64,000 bases of DNA from an uncultured Armatimonadetes bacterium (GTDB lineage: Bacteria; Armatimonadota; UBA5829; DTJY01), in assembly GCA_963717145.1 (NCBI GenBank), contig OY970325.1, positions 4,672,001 through 4,736,000 on the forward strand. Reading direction: 5' to 3'. Every line of letters starts with the position of its first letter. Position 1 is the stretch's first letter. Made by a program: the position numbers and the translations under genes. The notes under the pieces are model-generated. The model was not told the DNA's origin, made no database searches, and saw nothing but the letters and a program-made list of their open reading frames with translations. Below are positions 51,308 through 59,635 of this stretch, in pieces.

Positions 51308-53224
51308 TCAATCCCTCCGCTGTCTCAAGAACCAAGATCTTAGTCCCCGTCCGGTCTGCCTTGTATCCTCGGCTAGGCTTGCGGACAGCCGCAGCAACAT
51401 TGCCACGGTCTGCGTATGCATCTCGGCCATCTTCTCGACCTCCTGAATGGAAAGACCCTTGGTGGCGACCAGATAGGCCGAGTTATAGACTTCCTTCATG
51501 CATTGCAGACCGACCTCATCGCTCTCTTCCAAGACTGACAATAGCCGTATCACTTCGTTTCCGGAATTGAGATACAGCGTCCAGCCGGACCCCTTCTGCC
51601 CCATCCGTCCGCTGAGTGCAGCCTCGAACAACTCTCGGAGCAGATCGGGGATGTCGGGATCGTCACCGAGTTCCTCTAATAACCGGCCAGCCGCAGGCCT
51701 ATCGCTACGCACCAGCAGGGATGGGATAGAGACCGGTTTGAAGCTCACTGCTTTGGCCACTATGTCCATGTCGGCATAACGCCCGATCAAGGCCTCCAGG
51801 GTGCCCGGGGGGACTGAGTCAAAGAGAGCATCCGCAGCCTCATCGATCATCTTTGCCCGCAGTCCGCGCTCTCCTTCGGCATACTTCTCGATGAACGCCC
51901 GATCGATCTTCTCCTCAGCGTCAATCACAGGAACCCCATTCGCCGCAAAGAGGAGCTGATGCTGTCGGCTTTCGACCCCGCCGGAATGGAAGTAGATCGT
52001 CTTCTCACCCCTCGGGACGCGTCTTGAAGCTCGTTCGAGATAGACAGGAATAGTGGTCTTTCCGGAGTCGGAGTCGAACTGCACATGGTTCTTCACCATG
52101 CCAAAGAAATGATCATCCTCCAACGCACCCATTTTCACGGCAAGCTCATGTGCCCTGAGAATCGCATTGAATCGCGATGGCTCAGATATGGCCAGTTCGG
52201 TGATGAAACCGGCAAGTCGCTCTCCGATCAGCGCTTGGGCTCTCTGGAATCTCGTGTTGCGGACCACGCTCTCACGGCTGGTCGTAACGTCCAGTTCGGA
52301 TGTTTCGATCACGCCTCCTACGAATCTGGCCCAATCCGGCAGCAGTTCGCGCTCTTTTCCTATATACATCCTGGAGACGTAGAGTTCCAAAGCCGGGGGT
52401 TCCCCGGTTCCAGATTGCGGGATGAAGAGAGCGCCGCCTATATCGAAGCCATCCGCTCTCCTATCCAGAGGAATGACCTCCATCGGCGGCTGGTGGAAAC
52501 GATTGGCAATGTAGTCGGCGCACTCCATGGTCGATCCCCTGCTGTACCATGGAGCTGTCTGAGCGTTCACGGGCAAAGGCTTGTCACCGATGTAGATCGG
52601 GAATTCGATGAAGTCGGCATAACGCCGTACCAACTCGATGACGTGATCCGGGCTCGTGAATCCGTCGGTTGTGCTCTTCACATCAAGGATGATTGTGCTG
52701 CCGATCGGAAGGCCTGGGGTCTTCTGCAGAGTGTATTCTGCGCCGCCATCACATCTCCATGTGAAACCTGTGCTATCACCTCTGAAAGATCGTGTGCGGA
52801 TCTCGACAGACTCTGCTATCACGAAGGCGGAGAGTAGGCCCATGCCGAAGCGCCCAATCAGCCGCCGTGCCTCCTCCCGATTCTCCTGTTCCAACACCTT
52901 ACGGAACTCAGCCGTTCCACTTCTGCCTACAGTCGACAAGTAGTCCATGATCTCGGCCTCGGTCATACCTGCGCCGTTATCTCGGATCACGAGAAGATCA
53001 TTGCCCGTATCACACTCGATGCCTATGCGCAAGTCCTGTGGACAACTCGGATCAGTCAACTGCCGGTTGACAAGTGAATCGTTGGCATTCTGGATCAACT
53101 CACGGATGGCGACGGATCTGTCGGAATAGAGGTGTTGTCCGAGGGTCTTGATGATCCCGGGCAGGTAGATGCCTATCTGGCTGCGTTTGACACCTTCCTC
53201 AGACGATGGATCCAGTGAAGACAT
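51308..53224 (-). CDS. Hsp90/HtpG-like ATPase
   Basis: LYSDRSVAIRELIQNAND, DNGAGM, IGRFGMG, LYVSRMYI...LLPDWARFV.G, TSRE; AGGAGGA RBS. Confidence 0.9.
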   Translation of the reverse strand: MSSLDPSSEEGVKRSQIGIYLPGIIKTLGQHLYSDRSVAIRELIQNANDSLVNRQLTDPSCPQDLRIGIECDTGNDLLVIRDNGAGMTEAEIMDYLSTVGRSGTAEFRKVLEQENREEARRLIGRFGMGLLSAFVIAESVEIRTRSFRGDSTGFTWRCDGGAEYTLQKTPGLPIGSTIILDVKSTTDGFTSPDHVIELVRRYADFIEFPIYIGDKPLPVNAQTAPWYSRGSTMECADYIANRFHQPPMEVIPLDRRADGFDIGGALFIPQSGTGEPPALELYVSRMYIGKERELLPDWARFVGGVIETSELDVTTSRESVVRNTRFQRAQALIGERLAGFITELAISEPSRFNAILRAHELAVKMGALEDDHFFGMVKNHVQFDSDSGKTTIPVYLERASRRVPRGEKTIYFHSGGVESRQHQLLFAANGVPVIDAEEKIDRAFIEKYAEGERGLRAKMIDEAADALFDSVPPGTLEALIGRYADMDIVAKAVSFKPVSIPSLLVRSDRPAAGRLLEELGDDPDIPDLLRELFEAALSGRMGQKGSGWTLYLNSGNEVIRLLSVLEESDEVGLQCMKEVYNSAYLVATKGLSIQEVEKMAEMHTQTVAMLLRLSASLAEDTRQTGRGLRSWFLRQRRD

Positions 53225-53400
53225 CGCTGTTCCTCCTGGTGAGTTAGTATGCTCAGTGCAACAGTTCAAGGCAGAGCGTAGGACACCTAGTGGTTGCGAT
53301 GGTCATTAGCTCTACTCTAACGATGACCGTAGTATGAAGATGCCACCGCCTACCCGTCGATATAGTATACCACGGCATAACTGGTTGCGCAAGTCCCCGA

Positions 53401-54867
53401 GTAACAGTTCACGCTTGGGGATAACGAGTTTGATCAGGCAGGGAAGAGGACAGACTTGCCTGCGAGCAGTTGCCTGCATGATTCGAGCATGTCCAGACCC
53501 CTGACGTGCCATGTGCCAAACAGACTCATGAGCGTCATCTTTGTCTCGGAACCCTTCGCGCTTCGTGTGCCTCCGCATACCTTGCGGGCGATCACACACG
53601 GCCTCAGCGCTCGTTCTGCGCCATTGTTGTCCGACGGTACTTCCGGGTACTCTACGAACATGAACAACTCGTGCAAGCGATCTATGAATCTCTTTGCCAG
53701 CGTCTGCTGTGGAGCATCTGAGCCGACATACGGACCTGAGAGCGCCTCTACCTCTTCCTCGAAGAGTACTCGCTTCCACTTGCGAACCTCCGCCTTCTTG
53801 CTCCGGAACTCCTTTGCCCGATCGTAAACACCCTTCACCGCATCCGCCCATGCGATGACGCCCGTGTCGTCCGCGTTCCTCTCCTTCAGTTTGTGCAGAT
53901 CCCTGGCCAGATGTGCCCAGCATATCTGGCGGTCTGCAACTACCGGGTTGTATCCGGCATAGCAATCCGTTACCACTACCCCTTCGTAGTCGCCGCCTAT
54001 CGTTTCCTTCGGGATCTCTCCACTCCGACTCCGCCGGTAGATGAAGTATCGCACGTTCTTAGTGGAGAAGGTCCAGATGTATCCGTTCAGCCCATCCTCT
54101 CTCCAGCCCGTCTCGTCTGCGTTTATGTATGGGCTTCCACGTACAAGCGAGAGTAGCCGCTCTTTCTCTTTTTTGCCACAGTCTGCCACCGTGTGCAATA
54201 TCTCGCTTATCTCTCCCACAGAGAGCTGAAGACCATACAGAGCCTTCAGCAATCCCTGTATCGTCCGCTTTGTCATGCGACCTACCGTCGAAAGATACGA
54301 TATCAGGCTCATCAGGTTCACGCCTACCCGATGCTTGCCTACAACCTGGCCGGAAAGGTCAACCTTCGGCACATGACTCTTGCCACAGTATCCGCATCTT
54401 CTGGCGATGAACCTGTGCTCGACTACGTCCACAGGCACGATGGGGATGTCGATGACTTGGCGGAGTCTCTTTACCGTGCCCCCTGTGAGCGCTCGGCCGC
54501 AGTCCGGACACTTCGAGTGCGCGTGCTCGACTACACGGGTGGGTGTCTCCCGCCTGCGCACGAACGACTTCTTGCGCTTCTTTCGTTCAGCTGCCCGGCG
54601 CTCTTTGCGGTTCGGCTTCACCCAGTCAGGCACGGATGGGGAACTGCCATCACCGCCGGAAAGCCTGGCGCGAAGGTCTTCGTTCTCCTTCTCCAGGTCG
54701 CCGATACGCGCCACGAGTTGGGGAACTAGACCTTCCAACTGGCTGACCCTGGCCTCAAGCTCCTCGTATGTCGGCTTGGATTGCTCGCTCACACTCCTTG
54801 GTTCGAGACGCTCCCAGCAGGTTCCTTCTTCTTACAGACAAAATAATCCCTAAGCCTGAACTGTTAC
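53401..54867 (-). mobile_element. IS66-family element (single-ORF type), copy 1
   Basis: IRs GTAACAGTTCACGCTTGGGGA / GTAACAGTTCAGGCTTAGGGA; 1467 bp. Confidence 0.93.
53434..54792 (-). CDS. IS66 family transposase
   Basis: Leucine zipper, CPDCG zinc finger, ADETGW, TDCY, QICWAHLAR, DNNGAERALR. Confidence 0.95.
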   Translation of the reverse strand: MSEQSKPTYEELEARVSQLEGLVPQLVARIGDLEKENEDLRARLSGGDGSSPSVPDWVKPNRKERRAAERKKRKKSFVRRRETPTRVVEHAHSKCPDCGRALTGGTVKRLRQVIDIPIVPVDVVEHRFIARRCGYCGKSHVPKVDLSGQVVGKHRVGVNLMSLISYLSTVGRMTKRTIQGLLKALYGLQLSVGEISEILHTVADCGKKEKERLLSLVRGSPYINADETGWREDGLNGYIWTFSTKNVRYFIYRRSRSGEIPKETIGGDYEGVVVTDCYAGYNPVVADRQICWAHLARDLHKLKERNADDTGVIAWADAVKGVYDRAKEFRSKKAEVRKWKRVLFEEEVEALSGPYVGSDAPQQTLAKRFIDRLHELFMFVEYPEVPSDNNGAERALRPCVIARKVCGGTRSAKGSETKMTLMSLFGTWHVRGLDMLESCRQLLAGKSVLFPA

Positions 54868-54875
54868 CCCTGAAA

Positions 54876-56342
54876 GTAACAGTTCACGCTTGGGGATAAC
54901 GAGTTTGATCAGGCAGGGAAGAGGACAGACTTGCCTGCGAGCAGTTGCCTGCATGATTCGAGCATGTCCAGACCCCTGACGTGCCATGTGCCAAACAGAC
55001 TCATGAGCGTCATCTTTGTCTCGGAACCCTTCGCGCTTCGTGTGCCTCCGCATACCTTGCGGGCGATCACACACGGCCTCAGCGCTCGTTCTGCGCCATT
55101 GTTGTCCGACGGTACTTCCGGGTACTCTACGAACATGAACAACTCGTGCAAGCGATCTATGAATCTCTTTGCCAGCGTCTGCTGTGGAGCATCTGAGCCG
55201 ACATACGGACCTGAGAGCGCCTCTACCTCTTCCTCGAAGAGTACTCGCTTCCACTTGCGAACCTCCGCCTTCTTGCTCCGGAACTCCTTTGCCCGATCGT
55301 AAACACCCTTCACCGCATCCGCCCATGCGATGACGCCCGTGTCGTCCGCGTTCCTCTCCTTCAGTTTGTGCAGATCCCTGGCCAGATGTGCCCAGCATAT
55401 CTGGCGGTCTGCAACTACCGGGTTGTATCCGGCATAGCAATCCGTTACCACTACCCCTTCGTAGTCGCCGCCTATCGTTTCCTTCGGGATCTCTCCACTC
55501 CGACTCCGCCGGTAGATGAAGTATCGCACGTTCTTAGTGGAGAAGGTCCAGATGTATCCGTTCAGCCCATCCTCTCTCCAGCCCGTCTCGTCTGCGTTTA
55601 TGTATGGGCTTCCACGTACAAGCGAGAGTAGCCGCTCTTTCTCTTTTTTGCCACAGTCTGCCACCGTGTGCAATATCTCGCTTATCTCTCCCACAGAGAG
55701 CTGAAGACCATACAGAGCCTTCAGCAATCCCTGTATCGTCCGCTTTGTCATGCGACCTACCGTCGAAAGATACGATATCAGGCTCATCAGGTTCACGCCT
55801 ACCCGATGCTTGCCTACAACCTGGCCGGAAAGGTCAACCTTCGGCACATGACTCTTGCCACAGTATCCGCATCTTCTGGCGATGAACCTGTGCTCGACTA
55901 CGTCCACAGGCACGATGGGGATGTCGATGACTTGGCGGAGTCTCTTTACCGTGCCCCCTGTGAGCGCTCGGCCGCAGTCCGGACACTTCGAGTGCGCGTG
56001 CTCGACTACACGGGTGGGTGTCTCCCGCCTGCGCACGAACGACTTCTTGCGCTTCTTTCGTTCAGCTGCCCGGCGCTCTTTGCGGTTCGGCTTCACCCAG
56101 TCAGGCACGGATGGGGAACTGCCATCACCGCCGGAAAGCCTGGCGCGAAGGTCTTCGTTCTCCTTCTCCAGGTCGCCGATACGCGCCACGAGTTGGGGAA
56201 CTAGACCTTCCAACTGGCTGACCCTGGCCTCAAGCTCCTCGTATGTCGGCTTGGATTGCTCGCTCACACTCCTTGGTTCGAGACGCTCCCAGCAGGTTCC
56301 TTCTTCTTACAGACAAAATAATCCCTAAGCCTGAACTGTTAC
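54876..56342 (-). mobile_element. IS66-family element, copy 2 (tandem)
   Basis: Same IRs and length as copy 1; identical translated ORF. Confidence 0.93.
54909..56267 (-). CDS. IS66 family transposase
   Basis: Translation identical to 53434-54792. Confidence 0.95.
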   Translation of the reverse strand: MSEQSKPTYEELEARVSQLEGLVPQLVARIGDLEKENEDLRARLSGGDGSSPSVPDWVKPNRKERRAAERKKRKKSFVRRRETPTRVVEHAHSKCPDCGRALTGGTVKRLRQVIDIPIVPVDVVEHRFIARRCGYCGKSHVPKVDLSGQVVGKHRVGVNLMSLISYLSTVGRMTKRTIQGLLKALYGLQLSVGEISEILHTVADCGKKEKERLLSLVRGSPYINADETGWREDGLNGYIWTFSTKNVRYFIYRRSRSGEIPKETIGGDYEGVVVTDCYAGYNPVVADRQICWAHLARDLHKLKERNADDTGVIAWADAVKGVYDRAKEFRSKKAEVRKWKRVLFEEEVEALSGPYVGSDAPQQTLAKRFIDRLHELFMFVEYPEVPSDNNGAERALRPCVIARKVCGGTRSAKGSETKMTLMSLFGTWHVRGLDMLESCRQLLAGKSVLFPA

Positions 56343-56350
56343 GTCCCCGA

Positions 56351-57707
56351 ATTGCTTCACGAACGATGTTACCGAAACGGAAACGTTGCCTCAGATAAGA
56401 ATGTTACCGAAACTGAGGCATGGAGAAGATGACAACTGCATCCGTAAGAGAAGTCGTGAGGCGCAAACGCAAAGAATATGGCAAAGCCACCAAATCGGAG
56501 AAGAAGCTGGTATTGAGTGAAGTCCAGGGATTGACCGGTTACCACAGGAAGTCGCTGGTGAGGCTGTTCGCGAAAGGAGTTCCACCAGCGAGGAGTCCAG
56601 TGAGACGCGCAAGGAAGTCGAAATACGAGCCGATAGCCCACAAGCTGAAGACACTCTGGGCTGCGAGTTTCTACGCGTGCGGTAAGCGTCTGCAGCCGTT
56701 TCTGACTGAGTTTCTACCCATACTGGAGTCATTCGGGGAGATAACGGTTACACCAGAAGAAGAGAGGCTGCTTAACTCGATCAGCGCGTCGAGCATCGAC
56801 AGGTTGATGAAGAAGGAGCGGTCTGCCCTATCGCTAACAGGGAGGACCTTAACAAAGCCGGGGACACTGCTTCGGTCTCAGATCCCGGTGAGGACGTTTG
56901 CCGACTGGGATGAAGCTGAGCCTGGGTTCTTCGAGATGGACTTGGTGGGTCATTGCGGAGGTGACGGGAGCGGAGAGTTCCTGTATACTTTGACTATGAC
57001 TGATGTAGCGACCGGATGGGTAGCGCTTGATGGAATGAAAGGCCGAGGGGAGCACGGAACCGTGCTTGCGGTGCAGTCCGCGTCCAAGAGCGCACCGTTT
57101 GCAGTCAGAGGCATAGATACCGACAACGGCGGCGAGTTCATCAACCATCACATGAACAAGTACTGTCGAGCGCACAGGATCACGTTTACGCGCAGTCGGC
57201 CTTACAAGAAGAACGATCAATGTCATGTAGAGCAGAAGAACTGGAGCGTAGTCCGGCAGTTTATAGGTTACCGGCGATTCGAGACGGACGAGCAGCTTGC
57301 GGTACTAAAGGCGATATATCCGCTGATCGTGGCGTATCACAACTTCTGTCAGCCCATGATGCGTCTTAAAGAAAAGGAGCGGATTGGGAGTAAAGTGATC
57401 AAACGCTATGAGCCTGCGATGACGCCGTACCGCAAGCTGATAAGTGTTGAAGGATGGCTTGACGATGAAGCAAAGGATCGCCTCGATAAAGAACGTAGAG
57501 CGACGAACCCGGTGGAGCTACTAAGACGCATCCACAGGCTATCATCAAAGCTTGACAGGATGCCGAATAAAGACAGATCGAAAGCGAGCAAGGCGCGGCC
57601 CTGAGCGGCGATCAAGAGCCGATCTGACATACTTGAACACACTACTTGGTAACATTATCAATGACGCAACGAATGGCGTTTCGGTAACAAAGCTAAATGA
57701 GGCAACA
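56351..57707 (+). mobile_element. IS with rve/DDE transposase (ISNCY-like) and doubled subterminal repeats
   Basis: Each end carries two copies of TTGCYTCA-N7-TGTTACC(GAAAC), inverted relative to the other end; exact termini uncertain. Confidence 0.72.
56420..57604 (+). CDS. Integrase-core (rve) DDE transposase
   Basis: TGYHRK, TKPGTLL, FEMDLVGHCG, DTDNGGEFIN, RSRPYKKNDQCHVEQKN. Confidence 0.9.
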   Translation: MEKMTTASVREVVRRKRKEYGKATKSEKKLVLSEVQGLTGYHRKSLVRLFAKGVPPARSPVRRARKSKYEPIAHKLKTLWAASFYACGKRLQPFLTEFLPILESFGEITVTPEEERLLNSISASSIDRLMKKERSALSLTGRTLTKPGTLLRSQIPVRTFADWDEAEPGFFEMDLVGHCGGDGSGEFLYTLTMTDVATGWVALDGMKGRGEHGTVLAVQSASKSAPFAVRGIDTDNGGEFINHHMNKYCRAHRITFTRSRPYKKNDQCHVEQKNWSVVRQFIGYRRFETDEQLAVLKAIYPLIVAYHNFCQPMMRLKEKERIGSKVIKRYEPAMTPYRKLISVEGWLDDEAKDRLDKERRATNPVELLRRIHRLSSKLDRMPNKDRSKASKARP

Positions 57708-58091
57708 CGGTCCCGCCGACAACGTGCCATGCTGAGAGCCATGGTGGACGAGGGGTCGGCGCTGGGAGGAAGAAACTGGGGACAAGGGACTCGGGATAGG
57801 CACAATAACTCAGGAGCGACGACAACTGTGCAGGTGACGCAAGTCATGCCACTGCTTATCCTCCGTGCGCATCGTTCATACCGGCGGTTCGAGCTTGGGA
57901 GGCTCGAGGGCGGGGGCTTTCTTCGTTGTCTTGCCGGCGGTGACGAGTGCGTCCGCCAGGCCGTAGATGTAGGCCAGGAAGAAGACGACTCCCGTCACCA
58001 GTACCGCCGGGCTCGTGACGTAGACGAACATCCGGAGCGTATTGACATTCCTCGGGTACGGCGGCTGCAGGAAGGCCCAACTCAGCAGGGC

Positions 58092-58187
58092 CAGATTCTT
58101 CACTTCGCTCAGAATGACAGACGGTCAGATTCTTCACTTCGCTCAGAATGGCAGACGGCCAGATTCTTCACTGCGTTCAGAATGACA
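58092..58187. repeat. REP-like family G, three tandem units
   Basis: CAGATTCTTCACTKCGYTCAGAATGRCA x3. Confidence 0.85.
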
Positions 58188-58320
58188 CCCGCTGCACTTG
58201 ATTGTGAACTCTTACAGTCTCCATTCTGCATTCCCCCTCCCCGATTCTGAGTTCGACTTGGATGGTTGCCTCTGTTATAATACCTGTAACAGCGCAGGGT
58301 GGGGTGACCCGAGAGAGGAA

Positions 58321-58520
58321 CCGTCAGTCCTGAGTGCGCCTCTGGGCGTGTATCGAAGGACGGCCTTGTGCCACGAGCCGTCCTTCGATACACGCCCAGA
58401 GGCGCACTGAGGACTGACGGTCGAGGTGGGAGTGAACACCAGGACTGACGGTCGAGGTTGGAGCGAATACTCAGGGCTGACGGTCGAGGCTGGAGTGAAC
58501 AGCCAGGGCTGTCGGTTCGG
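58321..58520. repeat. REP-like family F variant followed by ~31-bp tandem repeats of its end
   Basis: Palindrome 58321-58420, then AGGRCTGACGGTCGAGG..GGAGYGAA x3. Confidence 0.8.
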
Positions 58521-58535
58521 TGATCTGAAATCAGC

Positions 58536-59612
58536 ATGAAAACACTGGACAAGTACGTCCTCAAAGAGATGATCGCGCCGTTCATGATCAGCATGTTCGC
58601 ATTCGTCGTGCTGCTGATCGGGCGCGTCATTTTCGACAATATCGACCAGATGATCAAGCTGGGCGTTCCACTCGGCCTGGCCGCCAGACTGATCGCATTC
58701 CGCATCCCCTGGGTGATGGGGATGGTCCTCCCGCTCGCGGTCCTCTTTGCCACGTCGCTCTGCGTCAACCGGCTCGCGAGGGACAGCGAACTGACCGCGA
58801 TCCGAATGGCCGGGACGCCGCTCCGTCGCATATTCCTGTCTATCTTCGTCGTCGGATTCGCATGCAGTCTGCTCGCACTGTGGTTCGGCGAGAGGGTCAC
58901 CCCGTGGGCGAATCGGGAGTCCGAGCGGACCATTCGCACGATCTACGGCATGCAGGCCATTCCGATCATCCAGGAGCAGGTCTTCTTCGAGTCGGAAGGC
59001 TACTGGTTCTACGTCGGCAGAGTCGAGCGCCCGAGCCGTGAGAAGACGATCCTGCGCGACGTGATGATCTACGAGCCTTCACCCGCCGGCTTCCCGACCC
59101 TCATCACGGCGGCGGAGGCATCGAACGACAAGAACCTCTGGACGCTCAGAAAGGGCGTGTTGCACAAGCTGGACAAGGACGGCGTGATGCAGTACGAGAT
59201 GTCGTTCCCTTCGATGCAGCTCAATCTCAGGCGGATAGCGAGCGATCTTTGGGCGACGCAGCGGACATCCGAGGAGATGAGTCTCGGCGACCTGAAGCAG
59301 CAGATTTCCGCCTTCGGTGGCCTGGGCAGGGACGTGCGGGAGATGCAGGTGAACTACCACTTCAAGCTCTCGATCCCGCTCTCGTGCCTGGTGTTCGCGC
59401 TCTGTGCGGCCCCCCTGGGGCTCAGGTTCGCCCGGAGTGGGAGCTACTCGGGGATACTGCTCGGGATCATCGTCATGTTTCTCTACCAGAACAACATCTG
59501 GCTGGGCAAAGCGCTCGGCATGGGGGGAATGGCGCCGCCCTTCCTCGCCGGCTGGTCCCAGAATATCGTGTTCGGACTGATCGGCATCTACCTGATCTGG
59601 CGCGAAGAGTGA
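58536..59612 (+). CDS. LptF/LptG family permease
   Basis: MKTLDKYVLKE..PF, RLARDSELTAIRMAG, K.SIPL.C..F.L...PLG, PPFLAGW. Confidence 0.92.
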   Translation: MKTLDKYVLKEMIAPFMISMFAFVVLLIGRVIFDNIDQMIKLGVPLGLAARLIAFRIPWVMGMVLPLAVLFATSLCVNRLARDSELTAIRMAGTPLRRIFLSIFVVGFACSLLALWFGERVTPWANRESERTIRTIYGMQAIPIIQEQVFFESEGYWFYVGRVERPSREKTILRDVMIYEPSPAGFPTLITAAEASNDKNLWTLRKGVLHKLDKDGVMQYEMSFPSMQLNLRRIASDLWATQRTSEEMSLGDLKQQISAFGGLGRDVREMQVNYHFKLSIPLSCLVFALCAAPLGLRFARSGSYSGILLGIIVMFLYQNNIWLGKALGMGGMAPPFLAGWSQNIVFGLIGIYLIWREE

Positions 59613-59635
59613 GATCAGCATTGATACACGGTCGC

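Noticed and set aside
51308-53224. Housekeeping htpG
   Set aside because: Two divergent copies in a low-GC, IS-flanked operon with SIR2; the symbol was withheld.
53401-56342. Composite transposon carrying the Hsp90-SIR2 operon
   Set aside because: Both IS66 copies are on the same side, and the target duplication encloses only the dimer.
57552-58250. ORFs downstream of the rve IS
   Set aside because: They run through IS ends and REPs; 57876-58103 may be a membrane-gene fragment but has no supportable start.
58410-58520. CRISPR-like ~31-bp repeats
   Set aside because: Contiguous tandem copies of a REP end, with no spacers.
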